Source: Tagaea sp. (GTDB taxonomy: Bacteria; Pseudomonadota; Alphaproteobacteria; CACIAM-22H2). Taken from it: a stretch of 64,000 nt of DNA. Under the pieces are notes generated by a model. That model worked only from the letters and a program-made list of their open reading frames with translations. It did not search any database and was not told where the DNA came from. Below are positions 1 through 8,261 of the stretch, piece by piece (the stretch's first letter is position 1; each line of letters starts with the position of its first letter). The position numbers were made by a program, and so were the translations under genes. The stretch is taken from positions 256,001-320,000 of the forward strand of contig CBDIIB010000002.1 in the NCBI GenBank assembly GCA_965279525.1, written 5' to 3'.

Positions 1-2
1 AC

Positions 3-368
3 GAGCGCATCCGCGAGGTCGAGGAGTTCGTCCGCGCCAACTACGCGCGTGAACTGCCCATCGCCAGTCTCGCCGGCCGCGCCGCCATGGGTGCGCGCAA
101 CTTCATCCGCCGATTCAAGGCGGCGACCGGTTTCATGCCCGGCGCGTATATCCAGATGCTGCGCGTGACGGCCGCGAAGGAAATGCTGGAGATGGGCAAC
201 GATACCGTCCAGAGCATCGCGAACAAGGTCGGCTATGAGGATCAGGCCTTCTTCCGCCGGATATTCAAGCGGCAGAACGGCATGACGCCGGCAGAGTATC
301 GCGGTCGCTTCGCCCGGCTGAACGTCGTGCGCGCGGACCTTGCGCGCGGCCCCGCGCGCGCGGCCTGA
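3..368 (+). CDS. AraC/GlxA-family transcriptional regulator, C-terminal part (5' truncated by window edge)
   Basis: Frame open from position 3 (ERIREVEEFVRANYARELPIASLAGRAAMGARNFIRRFKAATG...VGYEDQAFFRRIFKRQNGMTPAEYR): double HTH AraC signature. Confidence 0.9.
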   Translation, partial: ERIREVEEFVRANYARELPIASLAGRAAMGARNFIRRFKAATGFMPGAYIQMLRVTAAKEMLEMGNDTVQSIANKVGYEDQAFFRRIFKRQNGMTPAEYRGRFARLNVVRADLARGPARAA

Positions 369-477
369 CCGGAAATGCGCTTTGCGCGGCCGGGCGTTCC
401 GCGCGAAACTCCGTCGCCCGGCAAAGTCCGGGTTGGCCGCCCGGACGGCGGCAACCGACAAGGGGAGTGACGCGCAG

Positions 478-1413
478 ATGTGGACGCAGGCCGAAACCTA
501 TCCCGATCCGGCGATCGAGATCCTCGACAAGCGCTTCGAGAAATACCGCATCTTCAACGCCTGCATCGAGAAGCTGGCGACCGGCTGCCGGTGGGCCGAA
601 GGGCCGGTCTGGTTCGGCGACGGGCGCTATGTCCTGTGGAGCGACATCCCCAACAACCGCATGCTGCGCTGGGACGAGGCGAGCAAGTCGGTCGCCACCT
701 TCCGCCAGCCGTCGGACAATTCGAACGGCAACACGCGCGACCGGCAGGGACGGCTGGTCACCTGCGAGCATCTCACGCGCCGCGTGACGCGCACCGAGCC
801 CGACGGCTCGATCACCGTGCTGATCGACCGGTTCGAGGGCAAGCGCCTCAACTCGCCCAACGACGTGATCGTGAAGTCCGACGATTCGATCTGGTTCACC
901 GATCCCACGTTCGGCATCGGCGGCTTCTACGAGGGTGAAGCGGCGCCCAGTGAGCTGCCGATGGCGGTCTACCGGCTCGACGCGAAAACCGGCCAGGCCA
1001 AAATCGTCGCCAAAGACATCATCGGCCCCAACGGCCTGTGCTTCTCGCCCGACGAGAAGCTGCTCTATCTCGTCGAATCCGCCTCGCGGCCGCGCAAGCT
1101 GCATGTCTTCGACGTGGTCGAGAACGGCACGGCGCTGGCCAAGGGCCGGCCGTTCGGCGACTGCGGCGAGGGCACGCCGGACGGATTTCGCTGCGACGTG
1201 GACGGCAACGTGTGGGCGGGCTGGGGCATGGTGCCGGGGCTGAACGGCGTGCGCGTGTTCGCCCCCGACGGGACCGCCATCGGCCATATCCATCTGCCCG
1301 AGCGTGCTGCCAACGTGTGTTTCGGCGGCCGGCACCGCAACCGGCTTTTCATGGCGGCGAGCCAGTCGCTCTACGCCCTCTACGTCAACACCCAGGGTGC
1401 GCCCGGCGGCTGA
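478..1413 (+). CDS. SMP-30/gluconolactonase/LRE family protein
   Basis: WAEGPVW, WSDIPNNR, SNGNTRD, RLNSPNDV, GPNGLCFSPDE, TPDGFRCDVDGN motifs; AGGGGAG RBS before ATG 478. Confidence 0.92.
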   Translation: MWTQAETYPDPAIEILDKRFEKYRIFNACIEKLATGCRWAEGPVWFGDGRYVLWSDIPNNRMLRWDEASKSVATFRQPSDNSNGNTRDRQGRLVTCEHLTRRVTRTEPDGSITVLIDRFEGKRLNSPNDVIVKSDDSIWFTDPTFGIGGFYEGEAAPSELPMAVYRLDAKTGQAKIVAKDIIGPNGLCFSPDEKLLYLVESASRPRKLHVFDVVENGTALAKGRPFGDCGEGTPDGFRCDVDGNVWAGWGMVPGLNGVRVFAPDGTAIGHIHLPERAANVCFGGRHRNRLFMAASQSLYALYVNTQGAPGG

Positions 1414-1781
1414 AGGGCCGTCGCGAGGAACATCAGCGACCAGCAGGTGACCGCGATCACCGCGGCATAGACCGCAAAGCGCCGGTACGTCTCGCGCAGG
1501 ATGCCGAGGATCACGCGCGCCGCGTGGCTCTCCGGCAGCGCATGCTGCCGGCCCATCATCAGCCAGGTTTCGGTGCGCCGGTAATCCTGCCGGCCCGCAA
1601 GTTCGCCGCGCAGCACCAGTACCGCCAGCATCATCATCGACAGGATCGCCCCGCTGCGGAACGCGAGGACCGGCCACGTTATCAGGCCGAACATCGTCAT
1701 GCCGATCGCCAGCAGGGCAAACAGGCAGCCGCGGCCGACCGATTGAACGGCGGCCCACCGGATGCGGTCGAGTTCTTCCAT
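1380..1781 (-). CDS. Hypothetical membrane protein (about 3 TM)
   Basis: 133-aa ORF with hydrophobic segments; co-oriented with neighbouring small membrane genes; 3' end overlaps the gluconolactonase 3' end. Confidence 0.7.
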   Translation of the reverse strand: MEELDRIRWAAVQSVGRGCLFALLAIGMTMFGLITWPVLAFRSGAILSMMMLAVLVLRGELAGRQDYRRTETWLMMGRQHALPESHAARVILGILRETYRRFAVYAAVIAVTCWSLMFLATALQPPGAPWVLT

Positions 1782-1820
1782 CGGGATTGTCCCCGCGCGT
1801 GCGCGGCGCCGGCAGGCCCG

Positions 1821-2144
1821 CTAGCCCGCGAAGAGATAGAATAGGCGCACGAGGCCGGGCACCGTCAAGACGAAGGCCGAAAGCGCCCAGATGGCCATCG
1901 AGCCCGTCCCGTCGCGCAGGCCCGGAACCGCGCGCTCGGCGAGGGCGGCCGGAATGCCCGAGGCGAGCAGCGTCGTTGTCGCCGTCAGCATGCTCGAGAC
2001 GTAGAACAGCACGCCCGGCGACCCGGGCAGCCAGTTCGGCATCCACAGCGGCGACAGGGCCAGCACGAAATCGAGATAGGGCGAGAACATGCCGTTGACG
2101 GTCGAAAGACCGAGCACGACGGCGAAGAGCTGGTGGCGGGTCAT
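1821..2144 (-). CDS. Hypothetical membrane protein (MTRHQLFAVVLGLSTVNGMFSP...)
   Basis: Internal ATG at 2144 of the listed ORF, 11 nt after the upstream gene stop; about 3 hydrophobic segments. Confidence 0.7.
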   Translation of the reverse strand: MTRHQLFAVVLGLSTVNGMFSPYLDFVLALSPLWMPNWLPGSPGVLFYVSSMLTATTTLLASGIPAALAERAVPGLRDGTGSMAIWALSAFVLTVPGLVRLFYLFAG

Positions 2145-2155
2145 GGAGCCTGCCC

Positions 2156-2473
2156 TCAGCCGGGCGACACGGTCGGCACGAGGCCGGCCTGCCACATGAC
2201 GAGGAACGAGGCGACGCGCAGGTGATAGATCCAGAAGGCCGCGAGCGGCGGCAGCAGGAACGGACGCACGAAGCTTGGCGTGATCGCCGCGGTAGCACGG
2301 ACCGCCCACTCGGTCAGCATCACGAAACAGCGCCAGATGTAGTTCGTCGGCTGCATCGATGGCACGAAGAAGGCGAGCAGGAACCGGCCGATGCACGACC
2401 ACAGCACGATCGCCAGACCGTAATTGACGATCCAGAACGGCAGGTAGCTCAGGAAGAAGTTCGAATCCGTCAT
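2156..2473 (-). CDS. YggT-like small membrane protein
   Basis: 105 aa; pattern 'RFLLAFF...NYIWRCFVMLTEW..R....ITP' resembles the YggT family. Confidence 0.6.
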   Translation of the reverse strand: MTDSNFFLSYLPFWIVNYGLAIVLWSCIGRFLLAFFVPSMQPTNYIWRCFVMLTEWAVRATAAITPSFVRPFLLPPLAAFWIYHLRVASFLVMWQAGLVPTVSPG

Positions 2474-2494
2474 GCGCGTGCGGGTTCCTTCAAT

Positions 2495-2526
2495 AAAAAG
2501 GGGCGGGACCCGGAAGGTCCCGCCCC
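2495..2526 (-). terminator. Rho-independent terminator downstream of actP
   Basis: GGGGCGGGACC-cggaa-GGTCCCGCCCC stem-loop with an A5 run at 2495-2499 (U-tract on the minus strand). Confidence 0.75.
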
Positions 2527-2563
2527 GTTCCGCCGGGCGCCGGAGCGCCTGGCAGAGTTCGAG

Positions 2564-4468
2564 TTACTCCTTGGCCGCCATGCCGGGGGCGAGGACGACG
2601 TCACCCGACGGAACGCGGATGGAGTCGATGAACGCCTGCATGTCGGGGCTGGCTTCCGGCGTCATCTTGCCGGCGATCCAGCCCGCGATGAACGAGGCGG
2701 GGATGCCGAAGATGCCGACCGAGATGTTGTTGATGCCCCAGAGATAGGCCACGTCGCGACCGCGGACCTTCACGATGGTCACGATGTCGCCGAGCATGCC
2801 CTTCATCGCCAGACCGTAGAACTCGGTCGTGATGAGGAAGAACATGACGACGGCGTAGCCGACCAGCATGGACCACACGCCGCTGGCATCGCCGCCCTTC
2901 TTCCACCAGATGCCGAGCACGAGGGCTGCGAACAGCCCCGACGCGGCGATGGAGAAGGCCCACGACACGAGGAACAGGATGTCGGCACCCAGGGTTCCGG
3001 CCACGTAGGCGGCGAGCACGGCAACGACCGCGAGGATCACGCGGCTGATGACGAGACGGCGCTTGGTGTCGGCCTGGGGGTCGATCATCTTGTAGTAGAT
3101 GTCGTGCGAGAGCGCGTTGGCGATGGCGAGCAGGAGCCCGTCGGCCGTCGACAGCGCTGCCGCGAGGCCACCGGCGGCCACCAGGCCGGCGATGACGTAG
3201 GGCAGGCCGGCGATTTCCGGCGTGGCGAGCACGATCGCGTCGGGATGGATGCGGAACTCCGAAAGCTGGAGGATTCCGTCCCCGTTGCCCGTCACGCCGG
3301 CGCAGATCGGGAAGATCTGTGCCGCGTTGGCCGCATCGCACGCACCGACGAGTGCGAGACCCGGCTTGCCCCACGAAGCGACCCAAGCGGGCAGCGAGGC
3401 GACCGGCGACCCGATGAGGCCCTGATACACTTCCAGCTTCGCGAACGCGGCGTAGGAAGGTGCCGTGAAGTAAAGCAGGAAGATGAAGAACAGCGACCAG
3501 CCCACCGAGTCGCGGGCCTGACGGACCGACGGCGTGGTGAAGTAGCGCATCAGGATATGCGGCAGCGAAGCCGTGCCGACCATGAGGCAGAGGATCAGCG
3601 CGAAGTAGTTGATCGCCGACGTCATGCTGAAGTTGCCCCGGGCGTCCGCGAAGGGCGCGATATGGCTCTTCGCGATGCCGAGGGTCTTCTCGAGGGCTTC
3701 GATCTTCTCGAGCGCCTGGCCGTACATCAGCTGGGGCACCGGCACGCCGGTGACCTGAGCGGACATGATGATCACCGGAATGAGGTAGGCGATGATCAGG
3801 ATGATGTACTGGGCGACCTGGGTCCAGGTCACCGCCTTCATGCCGCCGAGCATCGAGCACACGAGGATGCCGACGAGGCCCACGAAGCAGGCGACCTTGA
3901 AGTCCATGCCGAGGAAGCGCGACGTGATGATGCCCACGCCGACGATCTGCGCCACGACATAGACGAACGACGCGGTGATCAGCACGATGACCGCGAGCGA
4001 GCGGGCCGTGTTGCCGCCGAAGCGTGCGCCGCAGAAGTCCGGCACCGTGAACTGGCCGAACTTGCGCAGGTAAGGCGCCATCAGGATCGACACGAGCACG
4101 TAACCGCCCGTCCAGCCGAGCACGAACGCGAGCGCGTCGTAACCGCCGAAATAGAGCGAGCCGGCCATGCCGATGAACGACGCGGCGGACATCCAGTCCG
4201 CACCGGTCGCCATGCCGTTGTAGAAGGCGGGAACGGAGCGTCCGGCAACGTAGTATTCGGACACTTCCGCGGTTCGCGACAGCCAGCCGATCAGCGCGTA
4301 GACGCCGATCGTCAGGAAGACGAACAGATAACCGAGGATCTTGTCGGGTACCCCGAAGAACTCGAGGATACCGATGACAATGACGAAGCCAATGAACGTC
4401 CCGGTATAGATCCCGTAGATCTTCCCCAGGTTGCCCAAAAAGCTGCTGTTTGCGGCGGCACCGGCCAT
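2564..4468 (-). CDS. actP: Sodium:solute symporter family, cation/acetate symporter ActP (VC_2705-like subfamily)
   Basis: 634 aa polytopic; EYYVAGRSVPAFYNGMATGADWMSAASFIG, GWTGGY, GGMKAVTWTQVAQY, GTASLPHILMRYFT, LAAALSTADGLLL motifs. Confidence 0.9.
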   Translation of the reverse strand: MAGAAANSSFLGNLGKIYGIYTGTFIGFVIVIGILEFFGVPDKILGYLFVFLTIGVYALIGWLSRTAEVSEYYVAGRSVPAFYNGMATGADWMSAASFIGMAGSLYFGGYDALAFVLGWTGGYVLVSILMAPYLRKFGQFTVPDFCGARFGGNTARSLAVIVLITASFVYVVAQIVGVGIITSRFLGMDFKVACFVGLVGILVCSMLGGMKAVTWTQVAQYIILIIAYLIPVIIMSAQVTGVPVPQLMYGQALEKIEALEKTLGIAKSHIAPFADARGNFSMTSAINYFALILCLMVGTASLPHILMRYFTTPSVRQARDSVGWSLFFIFLLYFTAPSYAAFAKLEVYQGLIGSPVASLPAWVASWGKPGLALVGACDAANAAQIFPICAGVTGNGDGILQLSEFRIHPDAIVLATPEIAGLPYVIAGLVAAGGLAAALSTADGLLLAIANALSHDIYYKMIDPQADTKRRLVISRVILAVVAVLAAYVAGTLGADILFLVSWAFSIAASGLFAALVLGIWWKKGGDASGVWSMLVGYAVVMFFLITTEFYGLAMKGMLGDIVTIVKVRGRDVAYLWGINNISVGIFGIPASFIAGWIAGKMTPEASPDMQAFIDSIRVPSGDVVLAPGMAAKE

Positions 4469-4490
4469 GGTTGGTCTCCTTGCCTGATTC

Positions 4491-4757
4491 TTATTCGTCG
4501 TTCACGCCGAATTCTTCGTCGATCTTGTTCTGGGCACTTGCGTTCCAGAAGCACATCACGACGAAGGCGATCAGCGAGCCCTGTGCGGCCATGTAGAACC
4601 CGATCGGGAAACCCAGGATGCGGATGCTGTTGAGCTGCGGGGCGAAGAAATGCACGACGAAGCTGAAGAAAAACCAGAGGGCCAGCAGCGTCCACATCAA
4701 TGCGGACGTCTTGCCCCAATAGGCCTTCATCTCGTCTGGCGAAAGCTTTTTGCTCAT
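4491..4757 (-). CDS. DUF4212 small membrane partner of ActP-type symporters
   Basis: AYWGKT...LWFFFSF...LGFPIGFYMAAQGS...IDEEFGV; directly upstream of actP. Confidence 0.85.
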   Translation of the reverse strand: MSKKLSPDEMKAYWGKTSALMWTLLALWFFFSFVVHFFAPQLNSIRILGFPIGFYMAAQGSLIAFVVMCFWNASAQNKIDEEFGVNDE

Positions 4758-5046
4758 TCGTGGTCTCCTCTCGTTGCGCAGGCCCGGAACCTTCGACCGC
4801 AGATGGGTGCGGATTCGGAGTACCAAGCCCCCGAGCCGCTTTTTGCGCGGCTTGCTGGTTACCAGGGGGGGACCGGCTGGTCCGATGGACCCCCGGTACG
4901 GCGAGTTTTGTGTAAGTTTACCGGCGTGTTCCTTGTTCTTCCGCGCGCACGTTCCGGCGCACTTGATAATCGGTCTAACATGGGATTCGCGAACTAGACA
5001 ACAGTTTCAAATCCATGGGATCGTCCGGGTCCCAGATCGTAGGCAA

Positions 5047-5691
5047 ATGAGCATGTTTTCATCTCTTTTCCGGACCCTTCGCGCCAAGCCGATCGCCGAC
5101 CCGTCGGAATTGCGGCGGTTCCTCAGTGGCGAGACGTCCTATCTGGCCCAACGCATGACTTATGAGTTCTCGCGCAATACGTTAGCGTGGTTCGGGCAAC
5201 ATTATTTCGCCGATCCGGGCTTCAATGACGTGTTCCGCAAATGCCGCTGGGAGTCCTTCGGGCTGCTGGGCGCGGACATCACCCTTCTGGCCTTCGGGCG
5301 GATGGCGGCAGCGCGTCCGGACCGCCATGCCGACCTCGCCGACCGGATGCCGGCCCTGTACACCGCAATTCTTGGCGAGTATCCGCTGCCGGACCATCGA
5401 CCCACGGGCTGGGCAGACCTCGAGACGGCATTCGGCGCGCGCCTCGGCGACCTGAAGCTGCCGCTCGACCCGGCGAAACTTGCGGTCCCGACGGCCAAGG
5501 CGGTTTTCAAGACCTTGCCGGTTTTCAGCGAGAACCGGTCGGGGGATTACATGGTCGTCTACAACGCCGTCCATTTCGGGCTCGTCGCGTTTGCCGACCG
5601 GCTACGCAAGCGCGTGGCGGCCGATCTTGCCGGCGATGCGCTGCTTGCCGGCGAACCGCTCGACCAGGATCGCGTGGTTCCGGTCGCCTAG
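5047..5691 (+). CDS. Hypothetical protein (MSMFSSLFRTLRAKPIADPSELRRFL...)
   Basis: 214-aa ORF with normal codon usage, divergent from DUF4212/actP, ends 15 nt before the DUF294 gene. Confidence 0.7.
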   Translation: MSMFSSLFRTLRAKPIADPSELRRFLSGETSYLAQRMTYEFSRNTLAWFGQHYFADPGFNDVFRKCRWESFGLLGADITLLAFGRMAAARPDRHADLADRMPALYTAILGEYPLPDHRPTGWADLETAFGARLGDLKLPLDPAKLAVPTAKAVFKTLPVFSENRSGDYMVVYNAVHFGLVAFADRLRKRVAADLAGDALLAGEPLDQDRVVPVA

Positions 5692-5706
5692 GAGACCGAG
5701 CCCGCA

Positions 5707-7159
5707 ATGGCCCCGCGCACCGCACTGGCACTTTTCCTCGGGAATGCCGGCGAAGCGATGAAGCCGGCCCCGGTATGCCGACAGTCCGAGACCGTCGGGA
5801 AAGCGGTCGCGGTCCTCGCCGCCAGCGGAAGTTCGGCCTTGCTCGTGGTCGACGGCGACGGCCGCCTCACGGGCCTGCTGACCGAACGCGATATCGTCAC
5901 CCGTGTCGCGTTCAAGGCCGATCCGGGCGCACCGCTGGCATCGGTGATGACGCCCGATCCGGTGGCGGTCGGTCCCGAGGAGCATCTCTATCGCGTCGTC
6001 GGCCGGCTGCGCCGGCGCGGCTGGCGCCACATGCCGATCGTGGATGCCGACGGCCGACCGCTCGGCCTTGTCGCAAGGGCCGATGCGCTGGGTGCTGCGG
6101 GTGCCCGCGTGCTTCGCGAACTCGACGTGCTGGGCGCACTCGAGGACGGGATCGACGACCACCGCGCCACCAAACGCGCGCAGGTCGAACTCGCCCAGGC
6201 ACTGCTCGACGACGGCCTGCCCGCACCCGACATCCAGCGCATCGTCACCGAGATCAACCGCGACATCCATCGCATGGTGCTGCGCGCCTGCATGGAAAAA
6301 AGCGGCACGCCGCCCGTGCCGTTCACGCTGCTGATCATGGGTTCGGGCGGGCGCGGCGAGAGTTTCCTGGGTCCCGACCAGGACCATGGCTTCATGCTGG
6401 CCGACTATCCCGACGACCGGCACGACGCGATCGACGCTTGGTTCATCGATGTTGCCGTGCGCTTCGGCGACATGCTCGCCGAGGTAGGGTTCCCGCTCTG
6501 CCAGGGTTTCGTGATGGCGTCCAACCCGCTCTGGCGCAAGACCGCAACGCAGTGGCGCGAGCAGGTCGGCATGTGGATCGCCAGGCGCACGCCGGCCGCC
6601 CTTCTCTATGCCGACATCTTCTTCGACTTCCAGCCGATCTGGGGCGACCCGCAGCCGGCGATCGAACTGCGCGCCGAGGTCGCCGCGGCGCTGAAGCGCA
6701 CGCCGGGCTTCGCGCAGGCGATGCTGGGCGAAGACCGGCGCCTGCATGTGGCGCTCGGATTTCTCGGGCGCCTCGCCACGCAAGGATCGGGCGATCATGC
6801 GGGCGAAATCGATCTCAAGCTCAACGGCACGATGCCGCTGGTCGCGGCCGTGCGCCTCCAAGCGCTGGCCCACGGCGTCGTCGAGACCGGCACGCTGGCG
6901 CGCATCGCCGCACTTCGCGAGGCCGGTGTGCTCAAGCCGGCGGAAGCCGACGGACTGGTGCAGGCGTTCGAGGCGGTGACGTTCTTCCTGCTGCGCGGGC
7001 AGTTGGCCGACGCGCGGGCCGGCCGCACGCCCGACACGTTCGTGAAGCCGGACGAGCTGACCAAGGCCGAGCGGGCGCGTCTCGTCGCCGGCCTTCAGTC
7101 GATCGACGGGTTCCTTACCCGCACGCGCGCCGACTTCACCGGGCCGCCTGCTGGGTTGA
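5707..7159 (+). CDS. CBS-pair + DUF294 nucleotidyltransferase-like + DUF294_C protein (GlnD/GlnE-like fold); apparent +1 insertion near 7141-7143 removes the natural stop
   Basis: CBS repeats (LTGLLTERDIV, RHMPIVD); NTase motif MGSGGRGESFLGPDQDHG; GFPLCQGFVMASNPLWR; IDLKLNG. Removing one G gives ...FTGRLLG-TGA (7157-7159); as assembled the frame runs to 8058 antisense to the next gene. Confidence 0.85.
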
Positions 7160-7169
7160 CGGCCGGCGC

Positions 7170-8183
7170 TTACCGGGCGGCGAAGGCGAGCCAGCGGGTG
7201 CCGGGAAGTCGCCGGGCGGCACGGTATGCGGCCCAGGCGGCCGCCGCGTCCTGCAGGCCGCTACCGGTCGAATCGAAGACCACGAATGGCGCGTCGGGCA
7301 GCCGCGCGCGTCCCGCGACGAGTGCGGCAAGCGATATGACGCGGCCCGTGTCGAAGCCGGGCGTTTCTGCGAGCACGTGGCGAAGTTCGCCGCCCGTCGC
7401 GCATGCGCCGGGATCGTCGGCCAAGATCGCCGCGGCGCGCATCGTCGGTCCGTCGATTTCGCGTTTGCCCGGATTGTCGGCGCCCATCGCGGCGACGAAG
7501 GCCGTCCCGTGGAGCATGGTGCTTGCGATGACCGGCTCTCCCGAGGTCGTGCATGTAATGCAGAGCCCGGCTCCGTCGAGTGCTTCCGCGACGCCGGCAG
7601 CGAGGACCGTGCCGCGCGGGGCGCGGGCGACGAACACGCGCGCACGGGCGCGATTGCTGTCGAATACGCGGATCCCGCATTTCGGGTATCGCGCGGCGAT
7701 GTGGCGGACGACGTGTGCGCCAAGCGCGCCGCAGCCGATCACGGCGGCGAACCGGGGCGGGCGCGCGAGCGCGCACGTCGCGCCGAGCATCGCCGTTGCC
7801 GCCGTTCGAATGCCGGTAAGTGCTGCCGAGTCGATCACGGCGAGCGGCCGTCCGGTCGATGGATCGACCAGCAGTGCGAGCCCCTGGACGGTGGGCAGGC
7901 CGCGCGCCGGATTGCCGGGCCGGTTCACGTTGGTCTTCGAGACGAAGGCCGACGCGACGCCGGGCAGGTTTCCTGCTTTGACGTGGATCGTCCCGCCGTC
8001 GATCTCGAAGCCGATCGCGCGCGCGTCGGCCGGCATGCCGTTGCCGGCCGCCCGATAGGCCCGAGCCAGTGCCGAAAGCGCGCGAGCCGGGGTCAGCACG
8101 CGCGCCATATCGGCTGCATTCAGCAGCATCACGCGGTGCGCAGGCCGACGGCTGCCGCTTCCGGAATTTCCTGAATTGCCCAT
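7170..8183 (-). CDS. Ornithine cyclodeaminase / mu-crystallin family protein
   Basis: IHVKAG, NPARGLPTVQG, LTGIRTAA, VIGCGALG (Rossmann), AMGADNPGKREID, VFDSTGSGLQDAAAA; start uncertain (8129-8192). Confidence 0.85.
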   Translation of the reverse strand: MGNSGNSGSGSRRPAHRVMLLNAADMARVLTPARALSALARAYRAAGNGMPADARAIGFEIDGGTIHVKAGNLPGVASAFVSKTNVNRPGNPARGLPTVQGLALLVDPSTGRPLAVIDSAALTGIRTAATAMLGATCALARPPRFAAVIGCGALGAHVVRHIAARYPKCGIRVFDSNRARARVFVARAPRGTVLAAGVAEALDGAGLCITCTTSGEPVIASTMLHGTAFVAAMGADNPGKREIDGPTMRAAAILADDPGACATGGELRHVLAETPGFDTGRVISLAALVAGRARLPDAPFVVFDSTGSGLQDAAAAWAAYRAARRLPGTRWLAFAAR

Positions 8184-8261
8184 TTTTGCCAATCCTCACG
8201 GATGGCAGACTTGGGCATGAAGCCTGACCGGGCGTCTGCGGAAAGCCCGGATCCCCTGACG

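Noticed and set aside
4961-5008. Possible CrbR-type GAC-N4-GTC site upstream of DUF4212/actP (TAGAC-AACA-GTTTC; GTCTA at 4973)
   Set aside because: Only half-site matches and no crbS/crbR genes in the window; too weak to call
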